Below are positions 38,280 through 51,052 of a stretch of DNA of 64,000 nucleotides, in pieces; position 1 is the stretch's first letter; each line of letters begins with the position of its first letter. Below the pieces are notes generated by a model. It had not been told where the DNA came from. It searched no databases and saw only the letters and a list, made by a program, of their open reading frames with translations. The position numbers were made by a program, and so were the translations under genes. The stretch comes from Epiperipatus broadwayi (Eukaryota > Animalia > Onychophora), in contig JAQFVV010000010.1 of NCBI GenBank assembly GCA_028023455.1, positions 868,001-932,000 of the forward strand, read 5' to 3'.

Positions 38280-39211
38280 GGTTTAAACTCAGACTTTCAC
38301 ACAATCCTCAACTATCCATGCTATCTCATACTGCTGACACATTTGATCACACACATTTTGAAAAGAAAAATAATCACCAATATACGTATTTCATGCTAAA
38401 CCAGCACTCATCAGTTGGTCCAGATTATCATCACCACCCATATATATACAATCAATATTCAGTTTATACTAAGATAGCCAATATTCATACTTTAATGGAC
38501 AGGCTTCAATCCACTCCACCCCACAACTCTTCAGCCATCCATTTCATTGAAAATCTGGTGATGGAATGCTCAAAACTCACATTGGTGCCAACCTTCTCAT
38601 CCTACCCATGTTGACCATAAGACACTCTGACCCCTCATGTACAAGATCTAATCCATTTACTTAAATATATGAGGGGTGGGCAAACCTTACAGCACTGTAT
38701 TTTTAATATATGAATTTTTTATTAATTTGACCATAAATCACTCTGATCCCTCATGTACAGAACATAATCCATTTACATACATATATGAGGGATGGGCAGA
38801 CCTTACAGCACAAGCTGTAGAAAAAATTCATATATTAAAAATATAGTGCTGTAAGGTCTGCCCATCCCTTGTATATAAATGGATTATGTCCTGTATATGA
38901 TAGGTCAGAGTGACTTATGGTCAACATGGGTAGAATGAGAAGGTTGGCACCAATATGGGATTTGAGCATTTCATCATCAGATTTTGAATGAAATAGATGG
39001 CTGAAGAGTTGTGGGGTGGATTGAAGCCTTCCATTAAAATATGAAGATTGGCTATCTTAATTTAAGCTGAGCATTGATTGTATATATTTGTGTGGAGATG
39101 ATAACCTGGATCAATTGATGCATGCTGGTTTAGCATGAAATACGTATATTGGTGATTATTTCTCTTTTCAACATGTGTGTGATCAAGTGTGTCAGCAGTA
39201 TGAGATAGCGT
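38280..39211. mobile_element. Foldback element family 2 (Penelope pLTR-like) with internal ~90-nt direct duplication
   Basis: 38318-38720 is the reverse complement of 38820-39211. 38725-38815 repeats part of the left arm. Hammerhead motifs at 38376-38419 (-, intact) and 39110-39153 (+, core TTGATGC). Confidence 0.9.
38376..38419 (-). ncRNA. Minimal type I hammerhead ribozyme, intact core
   Basis: Minus strand: ACCAA-CTGATGA-GTGCT-GGTTT-AGCAT-GAAA-TACGTATA^TTGGT. Stem I is 5 bp, stem II is 5 bp with one G:U, stem III is the self-complementary ATACGTAT, and the triplet is AUA. Confidence 0.82.
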
Positions 39212-40929
39212 AAATTTTATATAGTAATGGCTCAGATTGTAAGCAGATATTCATATTTTTGATGATGATCAAACTAAATATTCTTTAACTTTAAATAAAT
39301 TGTAGCTAAGTTCATTAACAAAATAGTAGATAAATTTTCTCCTGATCATCATCTCACTCTCAAAAATATATAATTTTGAGAAAGGATCTAATCTATTATG
39401 GATAACTTTTATTTATTTAGACATATATTTGTAATGATCTTGAGGTTTACATCTTTGTTTAGAGAATTATTCTATGGATCTAGATTTGAATTTATTAAAT
39501 TTTAACAATTTTAGTTTAGAACTCTAACTCTTGGAAGCAAAAATTCTAAATATCAAGACACACAAACTAACTAAAAAAATTTACTAATTATTGTAATAAA
39601 CATTCATTGAATAAGAATAAATTATAATAAAGTGATGTTTAAACTTAATGACTTATTAAGGTATAAAATAATAACACAATGGTCAAAATTATAGAATGAA
39701 AAGTTGTTTAGTTAGTATCCATTCTGCTTAAACACCTTTATAAATTTTCCACTTTTAATATATGGCAATATGCTTTTAAAATATTACTTTTAGAACCATT
39801 CATGATTGAAGCTTTGAATTTGCATATTTTAAAAAAACAGTACATTTAAAAAATATTAATATTAGAATTCTTCTTTATGAACAATTCTCTTTTTTACAAG
39901 CAATTTCAATGCTTGGAGAGAAAGAAATTTACAAAACCTTTTTTATGTTTAAAAATATACTAAAAAAAGAGCCTTTTTTGTGGAATTGAATTAGAAACAT
40001 TTATTGCTGTATTAAATAATACATGAATGGATGATGAAAGCAGATACACATTTTACATCCAGAGATATTAACCAAGATAAAACCACAAGCTTGGTTTATC
40101 ATTGTTTTAATGTGGATCTACTCAAAAGTACTTTCCCCAGGACATCTGGATTCACTTCACTCATACATTCACTGCTTGGTTTTGAAAAACATCTTTTTTT
40201 ACCTCGAATGCTAATCATTCTATTTGCACAGTATGTTTTTCAAAACATATTTAATGCTTTTAACCTATTTTCTGAATTTAATTATTTTTTGTTTATCTTT
40301 GATCTATTTTAATTACACATATTATTGCTTATAATATGTACTCATTTACATTTAATATAAATTTTTAAAAAAAAATCTTATAAATTATTATTATTTTAGA
40401 CAGCCCAATAATAACAATAATATTATCCCCCTTTTTCTTGCCTTCAATCATAATAATGTTGTTTTTTTTTTATTTAAATTGTCTTTGTGTAAAATTGCAA
40501 TGCAATGATTGATTTCAATATTTTCTTTCTTTATTCAATTTTATTGAAATAAATGGTTATTTCAATTTCTCCACATATTTCCCATTATTTACTAGAATAA
40601 CTATTTACTTATTATATTGCTAAGGTCGCTAAATTGATCATTTTCTTTATTTTGTTGTAATATTTTATATAAATACAATTTGTAGAACTTACATTGAACA
40701 CTTTAGCAAAAAAATATTATATATACACAATCATCTCAACTGTCCTGCAGTTTCCCTCAAATTTATGATATAAAGATAAAAGGGATTTGAACACAGAATT
40801 TCAAGTGCTCTTCAGTCATTTACTCTAATATAACTGATACACATAACCACTAAATGATCTCCAATATGATTCAGATCAAAGTTCATAGATTTGCTATCTT
40901 AATATAAACTGAGCACTCCATTATATATA

Positions 40930-41090
40930 TGTGAGAGATGATGATCCAGACCAATTGATGATTGTTGGCTCAGCATGAAAGATGTATATTGAAGATCTTT
41001 TTTTTTTCACATGTAGGTGATCATGTGTATCGGTTATATAAGATAGAATGAATGACTGAAGGGTGTGTAAAAATCTACATTCAAATCCTT
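40930..41090 (+). mobile_element. Older single-arm copy of foldback family 2
   Basis: accaattgatgattgttggctcagcatgaaagatgtatattga (40950-40992) is a decayed version of the family-2 hammerhead. Flanking sequence is also homologous. Confidence 0.75.
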
Positions 41091-42983
41091 TTTAATTCCA
41101 TCTGGTTTAAGTATATACACTATATTTCTATTCAGGCATAAAAATAATGAAAATAAATATGTAATAAATAAAATTAAGAAAATAAGTAACATAAAATAAA
41201 CGAAATATAATAGAAGTCAAATACAGTATAATATAATCAGATAATATAAAGTAAAACATGTAACATTAAATTGAAATACAAAATATGGTACACTCTCAAT
41301 TCATGTCATCTGTATATCTATTACTAAATTTTTTTATGGTATTTAAAGTTTAGATCATTATCATATGGAGATCATGAAGTATTGAGTTGCCAATTTTGAT
41401 GCCTTCTTTAATTTCACTTTATGTTTGCGTTATCTTTGATAAGAGTCAAAATGATGTTTTGTCTATTTTTAAAAAAAGAATTAATGTCAACATTTTAAAT
41501 ATAAAACAATTTGTAATTTATTTCCTTTATCTTTTAAAATAATGCAACATTAACTTCCTCAAAAGTTAAAACTTTAAAATTTTCAAAAGAAAGGTACATA
41601 TATGTTTTGCTTCCAACAAAATAAATGACATTTTTTGAGAAGAAAAAGTCAAAATAACTTCTTTTAAAAATAAGTTCTTGGTTTGGTTTTTATTTTATTT
41701 TAATGCAAAAACAATATACGGTAAAGTTTAGCTTTTTTTTTTTTTTTTTTAACAAAAACAAAAATTCGCCAATCAAAAAGATTTAAAATATTTTGCTTAA
41801 AATAACATTTCTTGTTTTATATATGTATATTTTAGTAAGACACTTTAATAAATTAATAGATTCATTTTTGTATGTATGAATTTATCTATATATATGCATA
41901 TAGTTGATATTTTAAATGTATTTGTTAATAATCGCTCGATGAATTTTATAAAACAAACTGCTCAAACATATTAAATAACAACAGGGATAGATATTAAATC
42001 ATTGAAATAAATTATCTGAAAACATATGTTGTCAAGTAGAACCATGCACTTTTATTATTTTTCTTTTGAAATGTGTTCATTTCGTGTATATGTTTTGCTT
42101 ATTACAAAAAACATTGCCTTTTAATAAATATTTCTTTCATTACTAATCACAAAGTATATAGTCATAAAGATTTGTATTAAAAAACAATACAAGATGATTT
42201 TCTAGAAACTAAAGTTGACATTTATTTAGAAAAACAAATGAAAATGTAGTTCAGCGCTTAATACCATCTGAAGTACAGTTACCATTGTGTTCAAGAAAAT
42301 TAATTGTTTATTTACATCAGAGAATTAAAAAAAAATGTTTATTTAAATTCATATACAATATATACACGTGTCTGGAAACAATACAAATACTTATAAATAA
42401 AAGTACTAATATTGCTTAAGTTTAATAACATTTAAAACTGAGGAGTTACTTATTATAAAATCTTGATTTTCTACATTCTTGTTACTACATCCTCATATTA
42501 CCTATTGAGATTATTTTATTTCATGCATCTTGACCAAAGTTTTTATTAAACACACATTAAGCTTACATGTATATTATAGTACTCAATGATTTTATCATAT
42601 CATCATGGATGGAATAATCATTATTTTGAAAGGAAATTATGACAATGAAAAATCAGATGAGTCTTGTTGAAATTAATATTTAGAGGTATTTGATATTTTA
42701 TATGCAAGTTGCTAATGGTATCTATCCTATGGAATATTGTATAATGTGATAAGTATATAAATGAGTTAACATACACATACTTTTTTGATAAAATTATATT
42801 CACAATCTAATTGGAATGAGTTTTAATATTACTTTTGAATCATTGTTGTTATGCAGATATTGAATAATTTAATGAATTATGAAATCTTGAGTGTCACTGA
42901 ATTATGGATATTGAATATATCATCATCCTTGCAGATTGTTCAATTTTACCTATAAAATTTTATTATATATATATGTTTGAAAC

Positions 42984-43930
42984 ACTCTTTTGATACAGAG
43001 GTCTCACAACATTATCCTCACACTCCTAAGTCACTTCCCTGCCCATCTTGTGCATATCATCATCACACCCACTGACACTCCTCCTACCAGTGGCAGGCCT
43101 AGGTCATGGACCTCATTCATTGCCAACATCCTACAAAAAGCTGGCTTTGTTATACCATCCATCAGCAGCAAACTAAAAGACTGGGAGGTTTTCAATCAGA
43201 CTGCAGACTTCTCCATTGTGTCCCCTACATTCCTCGGACTTACCAATGCCCAATTAATCTGCAAATTCAAAAGGTGGTCCCTTGAAGCAAAATTCCTCGA
43301 TTTCCTCCTCAAAATCAATCTTCACTCCCCATGAATCAATTTTTGGTCAACTGTAGGGGTTTCACCAAGATCTCTCCCATATGCCAGCTCTGTAAAACTG
43401 ACAACAAAACCCTCCAGCACTTCCTACTTAAATATCCTTTTCTGCTTGGCATGAGAAATGTCATCAACTCCTGCCTTTCCTTGCACAGAAATACCATCTT
43501 CAACCTCCAAGAATCCATAGAAACCGGGGTCTTTGCAGCTATTAGACTATCAGTTTTTCTCATCTATGCTCTCTAGTTGCTCCGATGTGCCATTATCCTT
43601 GCCCAGAGAGTGCATTCAGTCAATCAAAAGCTCAGACTTAATTCACACTCTCAAAATCTGAGATATGAAACTAGCCCCACCTCCACTCCTCACAGACACT
43701 TGGGCAATCCTCCAACTCCCATCCTCTCAGCTTCTGTCATAGGACTCAATCACGAAGACATGCATTTCTAACCGGCCTGAACTACACACCATTTCCATCC
43801 TCCACTTCCCATTCCCTTTTTACATGTATCCTTCCCCTCTTACCATGTTGCTCCTGAAATTTCATTTGTTTTACTGTATCTCTTCTTTTTTTTTTTATGA
43901 ATAAACATCTCATCACTGAGAAAAAAAAGA
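42984..43930 (+). mobile_element. L1/Tx1-like LINE 3' portion with poly(A) signal and A tail
   Basis: PTDTPP is shared with the 24.7 kb copy. Also CRGFTKISPICQLCKTDNKTLQHFLL and IRLSVFLIYAL. AATAAA at ~43899 followed by an A-rich tail. Confidence 0.88.
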
Positions 43931-44402
43931 GTAAATGATTAAACAGAAACATAATTAGAGGAAAATAATAACAATTAGTCAAAATTATAAATAATGATCA
44001 ATTAAATGTCATCTGGATAATTTATTTACATTAATATCACCTTAGTAATAAATCATGATAAGTTAAAGATTCTTTATAAATTTTATGTTCCTTTGATATA
44101 ATTAAAGTAAATACATATTTTCTTCAATATCTGAAAATAATTATGTTCTTTAGCATCATTCTAAACTATAAACATTTATACAATTATTACACATTGAGTT
44201 TTATTTCTTTAGTATGTCATTAATTTCATTTATCATTTATTATCACTTGATGTAAATAAATTGTTATCATTACTTATTAAAACTGAAATCCTGAGTTTGC
44301 TTACTTTAATTAATTAAGGGGCTATAACTATAAATTATATTCAAAGAGATATGGATAAACAAACATTAACTAGCATAGAGTTTTTCATTATTATTTTATA
44401 GC

Positions 44403-46049
44403 CATCTTAGCTAATGAATATTTAAATCATTATTGTAGATTTACATTACATTCATAAGAGCTGGTATTCTTTATTATTCAATCTATTTTAAAATTGTATT
44501 GGTACAGATTAGGGACTTAAAACTAAAGCATATAAAGTTTATCGTTTAATTTACTTCAATCTTTTTTATGAATTTGAATTTAATTTAGTGTCAGTTGAGT
44601 CTCTGTATCTTGGAAATTACACTCCCATTTGTCCCATTTATATCCTTACAGTTTTTGGTGCCCAGTGATGTTACTCATATATAGATCACTGGTACCTGAG
44701 ACCAGTGAATTGCACATAGATATTTTGCATATAAGATATCATTGGCTATTCTGATAACATAATTGGTGATCTTATAAAAATAAAAGTATAATATTTTTTG
44801 CCTACTTGGTTATTGTATTTTCTTTGAGGCTTGGTTTATATAATTTGACATCAGTAGACATCAACAATAAACCATATTTTCTTTGAGCCTTGGTTTATAT
44901 AATTTGACATGAGTAGACATCAACAATAAACCATTGTTTGTTCATGCTTTTTTTTTCTTGTATTATTGTAATAGTTGAATAGATAAGTTTTACACACACA
45001 TTTTTATATAGATATGAAAGTCACTAATCAAGAAGAGTCCAAAACCATGAGTTCAGATGTTATAAAAGAAATTCTCAGTTGGCAGAATTAAAGGCAGATG
45101 CCAATAAAAATTTAGTAGAATTAAAGAATGAAATGGTAAAATCCAGCTAAAATTTTGAAGAGTTATAGGCATATTCCAACAAGAATTTTGAAGTGTTAAA
45201 TAAAAAATTGAAGGAACAGAGGGTAAAATTAAGACATGAGATAGTAGAACTAAAAGCAGATTCTAAAGAATTGAGAGAGAAATTTAATAATAAGTTCAAA
45301 GTTTCCAATGCAAATATTTGAAGAGTTTAGGGGTTATTTTGATGCTGAATGAAAGTAATCTGAAGAAATGTGATGCTAGCTTTGAGGAATTAAAAGTTGA
45401 GACAAAAAGAATTGAGAAAAACTAGACTTAGCTGAAGAAAGACATTCAAGACTTTAGATAACCATATTAATACTCTTCAAAGCAATTAGGAAAAGGTCAT
45501 AAAATAATAAAATAGAAAAGGGAGGTGACAATTTTTAAAGAAAAATGCAAGCTGAGTTAGACTACATCAAGAATAAAATTGATGATATAAAGATAAAAGT
45601 AAGTGAAAAATCAAAAACTGATAGAGAGACTGTGAACCAAACCAAGTTTAAAGAGTCTAAAATTAACTAGTATTTTAGAAATTGAAACTGAAAGGTTTCG
45701 AAGTAATGGTAGTCTAGAAGATAATTTCATAGAAGCTAAAATGGAGTTAAGTGCTAGATATGTTATTTGTAGATTCTAAGGTAGAAGAACCAGTCACAGA
45801 TGAATTTGATGAATGCCTGGACATCTTAGCTAATTCATATTTAAATCATTATTGTAGATTTACATTTCATTAATAAGAGCTAGTATTCTTTATTATTCAA
45901 TTTTTTTTTATAATTGTATTTGTACAGATTACAGACATAAAACTACAGTATATAAAATCTTCAAGTTCTTTTATAAATTTAATTTAGTTTAAGTAGAGTC
46001 TCTGCTTCTTGGGCATTACACTCCTATATATCCCAGTTATACCATTACA
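44403..46049 (+). mobile_element. Internally deleted LTR retroelement remnant: LTR, PBS, leader, decayed coiled-coil gag, partial LTR
   Basis: Direct repeats 44403-44650 and 45822-46049 both end in TTACA. TGGTGCCCAGTG (Lys-like PBS after C-to-T decay) lies at 44656-44667. An E/K-rich stop-riddled frame runs from ATG 45013 to ~45820. The true 5' LTR start was not located. Confidence 0.65.
44816..44933 (+). repeat. Two-copy tandem repeat, 59-nt unit
   Basis: tattttctttgagNcttggtttatataatttgacatNagtagacatcaacaataaacca occurs twice with two mismatches. Confidence 0.95.
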
Positions 46050-46949
46050 ATATATAGATTATACATATGTTATATATAGAGCTTGCAAAATAAGCTCTTA
46101 ACAAGTTTTGAGAATATCCTCAACCCCAGACCGGTTTCTGCTTCTATATATAACATTTGTAAACACGAGCTTTATTAAATTAGGTCATGTGACATCTTAC
46201 TTGATTTTTTTATCACATTATGCATATGTATTCCTGTCTATGTATTTTTTCACAATCCATTAATTTAAATGTATTATTTTTTAATATCATCTAATTATTA
46301 CTGTTCATTATGAATTTTAAGCCAATATAAAACCATAATTTTATAACCTGCAAATTATCAAAATGTTTATAATTTTATCTCTATATATTTTTGGGCCAAT
46401 GTTGATACATTTATTAATATTTTTTTTTAATTTCTAAATCATGTAGTTAGTAGTAGGTAAGTTAAAAAGTTTTATAATATTTATGATTTAAAAGTGCAGA
46501 ATAAAAAGATAAATGTAAAAAACAAAATACTTTTTTTTATTTTAAACCAGCTATTATTATCTTATTTCTTGATATATTAAGATCAGAGCTTAGCTGGAGG
46601 ATTATTTCTAAGTATCGCTTGATCGCTTAGTGAGATTACAATATATATATATATGTATAAGACCTAAGGGTTCTTTTCATATTGAAATAATCAGCAAATA
46701 TATAAATTAGAAAAAAATAACCTTTAGTAGGTAATGATCACTTTAAATACAAGGAATATGCACATGTGATAATTCTTAATGTGAAACATTCAAGTGTTAG
46801 GAATAATGAGTGCTAGTATAATCATTGGAGTTTTTAATTTCAATGAAGTTCATCTTATGTGTGAATTAACCATCATCTTAATTAGCATAAATTATATTTT
46901 ATTAGCATTAGAATTTATAATATAAATATAGTTGTTTATATCATTAGTT

Positions 46950-47002
46950 CTGAATAAATTCACCCTATAGGTATACTATACCTATAAGGTGAATTTATTC
47001 AG
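46950..47002. repeat. 25-bp stem hairpin, 3-nt loop
   Basis: ctgaataaattcaccctataggtat pairs with atacctataaggtgaatttattcag with one mismatch. Confidence 0.92.
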
Positions 47003-49020
47003 TTTCATCTTGAGGTTAGATTCAAAGGAACCATCTCAGTTAATGAAGTTGAGTTATTATTAAAAAGGGATTCAGATCTATATTTTTCATCCCCTAGAAT
47101 TGTTGTTATGATTGACGTATTTATTATAAGAATGCTATATGAAGCTAAAGATAGGTTAATAAATGTATTATTTTGTGAAGGTCAGCTATTTACTTAATGG
47201 CAAATATACTTGATCATATAATTATGCTGATATTATAATATGTAATTAAAAGAGTAATGTTTTAAAATTAATCAAGATAAACCTGTACTTTTTACAGAAA
47301 ATACAATTATTTCAGTTGTTGTTTCTTTTCTGGCATGTACATGTGGTTCATAATTCAAGAAATAATTGAAAAATGACTATTAAATAAATCATTTCTGTTC
47401 AATAAATTAATTAGAATTAATTTATAACCATAAAAGAATTTAAATTATAAAGAGAATTTTTAGGTATTAATAATGTTTAATAAATTTCTGATATTATATA
47501 GTTGATAATGGAAATGTTTATGGTAAATAAAAATTATACATTTTATGACAATTATGATAGTTTATAAATAAATTATTGTTATTTGTTTAAATACTATATA
47601 TTTAACTTCTTTATTTATAATGTTGTCTGGTTTACATTTTAATTTCATGCCCATTTTATCAGGAATAGCTCATGTTCTTACATGATTTGACCTAATATTG
47701 AAAATGGTGGGTTAGGAAATCATCACCATTATGACATTTTAAGGAGAAATATCCCCATAACCTATTAATAGAAATAAATAAAGTATATATGCCTGGATAT
47801 ATTCTGAAAGTATTGTCAGGTGGTACCCAAATCAATTAATCTATAACAAATAGACCATTGCAATATATTTTAGTTCTGTTTCTAATTCTTGGAGTTTGTA
47901 AAACTTACAACTGGGGTTTTTTTCTAGTGATAGTGTTATGTGATTCGTTAAGTCTAGGATATTTTTTCATTTTTTTAAATATAAGTATATCTTTATTTTG
48001 CTTTTATAACGTTTAAATGTTTACCACATTTTATAAGTTTGCTTAATTTTTTTTATTAAAAAATGAGAAAATCAAGTATTTGTTTATCTTAACTGGATCT
48101 TCTAAATAAAACTTATGTGTTGCTTTTAGAATGAGATATTTCAATAATGTTTTCTTACATTGTCAATATTGTCTTTTCCTACCACATATATAAGTGGGCT
48201 AATTGAAGTAATTTTTTAATTAAATCTAAACAGTAAGAAAAATTTCCATCAGCAAACAAATATTATGATGGCATGGCAAAGATATTTGTAATAGCTTATA
48301 GAATATTTTGCCTTGTGTCTTATATGAATTATGTATGAAGGCTTTTTGGCTTGTATTTAGTAAATTAATAAAGATAATGTAATTTTTTTTTAAAAATATA
48401 TGAAACTTATTACCTCCATAGATGGAAGATAGTGGAATGATCTTCAGATATGAGTATTAATTATGAATTGACAATTAAACAACCTGACCAAGAGTACTTT
48501 CTGCCTTTTAGATTGATTCATCAAAGTTTACATACTGTTTCTAATACAAAATTTGCTGAGTGAGATTCATTAACAAGACAAAAAAATTTAGGGAGATTAC
48601 AAGGCTGTTTATAAAAAGTAATGCAATTTTAGATTTATAGACTATTTTATGGATTTTGTCTTTATGAAAGAGAAATTAAGAATTCTAAACTGGAACCAAT
48701 GTAATGATATATCTGTATCCACTTTAATTTTTTTTTTTACCAAGCTAATAATCTAAAATTCAAACAATAAGAAATAGAAAATAAATCCTAAAGTTTTGAA
48801 ACTAAGTTAATATGCTTGTATAGTATATAGGTTTTATACTATTGATGCATTAATTTCAGGTTTGAATCCCAAGTCATCATTGATATAGAAAGACAAATCC
48901 AGAAACCAATCTGGAGATAAGAATTACAGTACATAAGTATTTAGAAATACTGATTTATTAAGTTTATAATAGATGACATTAGAATAGACAATTGTTTTAA
49001 TTTATACTACTATAATAAGG

Positions 49021-49165
49021 TAATATTTAACACAGCATTACGCTGTTGCACATGCGCTTTGAAGATTTTAACTATAAATGAATGAATACTGTGTTAGTAT
49101 TCATTCATTTATAGTTAAAATCTTCAAAGCGCATGTGCAACAGCATAATGCTGTGTTAAATATTA
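49021..49165. repeat. 70-bp stem hairpin, 5-nt loop
   Basis: 49021-49090 equals the reverse complement of 49096-49165 except for one C/T at a CpG. Confidence 0.96.
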
Positions 49166-50392
49166 CAGTTTACAAACATCGCGCTATAAAAATGATTTAT
49201 TTACATACATATAATAAGGTAAATGATGAATAAAGTGATACATAGTATTTAATTAATAATTCTTATTTTATCCCCCCCCCTCACTGTAAACAATAGTTTT
49301 TTCTAATCTAATTTTATTACTCGTTGCTTTGCAAATACCTTTTATCATATGTAATATTTTTACTTCTGTATATTTCATTTTGTATTTATACTCACTGAAA
49401 TTCTTAATTTTATATAATTACTCCAGGTTTTTTTTTTATATTTAAGCCATCAGTCAGAGTATTTCTTAATTCAGTCGTACAATAGTCCCTTTCTCTTTAT
49501 TAGTGGAACAATAACAAAACTTGTTATATGCGGTTTAACATGTACATGTACAATGATAAAAATGTATACAGCACACACACACAAATATGTATATATAATA
49601 TAAACAAAATGTCTGTTAATTAGAACAAAATTGTAATCATAATAAAAATAGTAAGTATAACGGTAATAAACTATTATAAACAGTCTTTCAAATAAGTCGT
49701 TACAAATAAGTATATATATATACAAACTGTACATGCACTGTAAAATAAAAAATTAAAATGTAAAAAAAAAATGTTTTTATCTTTATTAACTTTTACCTTT
49801 TTTATTTAATTTTTTTTTTTTTTGAATTGCAGATAATTAAAATCTGGGACTTGTAAGAATTCATACAAATGTACAAATATTTGCAATATATATAGGGTTG
49901 AAAATGTTATCATTATATATGTGTAAAATGTAGTTTAATAGCAAATCAGATTTCTGTGATTTATTATTAAATTTAAGAAAATTATAGATATACAAAAAAT
50001 AATTTAAATTATATAACTAAATGTAACAATATTTAATAAAAGGACCAATGGATTAGTTTCTTTTTTAAAAAATAATATATGAATTGCAGAAATACAGTCA
50101 CAAGAATGTATTGTCACAAATATATATATATTATAAAAAACACACAGGTTAATTTTTTATAATTATTGACAATTAAAAATATCATTGAATAAAATAAACT
50201 ATTAATAGGAAAACTTGTCCATGATAAAATAATAATAATGATGATGATGATAATACTAATAACAACAACAACCACAACAGTATTGCTACATATATATGAT
50301 TATATATAAAAGTATGTGTTTTTTAATAGCTGAATGTCTTTAAATAGGGGTAGAGACATTTCTGAATAAGCGTTTATATAATTGATTTAAAA

Positions 50393-51052
50393 TTGGATCC
50401 CAATTGCTCGCTTTTCAAATTTCCAATTGAATCCTTATGTAACATAATCAAACAAAACAATATGGGAGAAGAAATTCACCGTATTCTTTACCACCCAAAT
50501 GACCGATACATTGCTCTAGAATTTAAAAACTGGGTTAGTCGCAATAACTTCAAAAGTGCTTTTAAAACTTTAGATAACAAATTCTTATGTTATGTGGATA
50601 TTAACCAAGCTTCCACCCTCTATGGCAAAATCAAAAACTGTGTCATGGGACTTGGGAAGCCTCAACTTCAAGAAATCCTTCATCCTTTTGGTAGGATTCA
50701 CAAATTCAATTACTTACCAGAGGAAAGATCCGGTCTCCACTTCCTCTCTAACACAGCCACATTTGAACTTCACTTAAAGAAAGAAACAAATCCCATAGAT
50801 ATTCCCATCATAATAAGACTTAGAAACTCTGCCATGATTATATCTTTTCTGGGTGTAAAACCACAATGCTTCTCCTGTGGGCAAAGAACCCACCTAATAA
50901 AAGATTGTCTAGCCAAGACCTGTAACACATGTGGCACAAAAAAAAATGACTACATAGATGCAAGAAAAGCCCCAACAACTCAACAGATATTACCAATCTT
51001 CAAAATAAAAAAACCTCTGTACTTTCACCTCAAATTCTTACACATAATATAG
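50393..51052 (+). pseudogene. L1/Tx1-like ORF1 (RRM-like region plus CCHC knuckle)
   Basis: LQEILHPFGRI and ISFLGVKPQCFSCGQRTHLIKDC (C-x2-C-x4-H-x4-C). Starts at a non-ATG codon in the track. A low-complexity continuation to ~51645 is frameshifted. Confidence 0.85.

Noticed and set aside
38450-38600. Possible Penelope GIY-YIG C-terminal remnant (FNEMDG*RVVGW) upstream of the family-2 hammerhead
   Set aside because: Similarity is only a few residues with stops and cannot be supported without a profile search.
44816-44933. Direct repeats as a CRISPR-like array
   Set aside because: Only two adjacent 59-nt units with no spacers, in a eukaryotic context with no cas genes.
49021-49165. TTGAAGA...GAAT inside the hairpin as a possible hammerhead
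   Set aside because: No GAAA, stem III or NUH in the right register.
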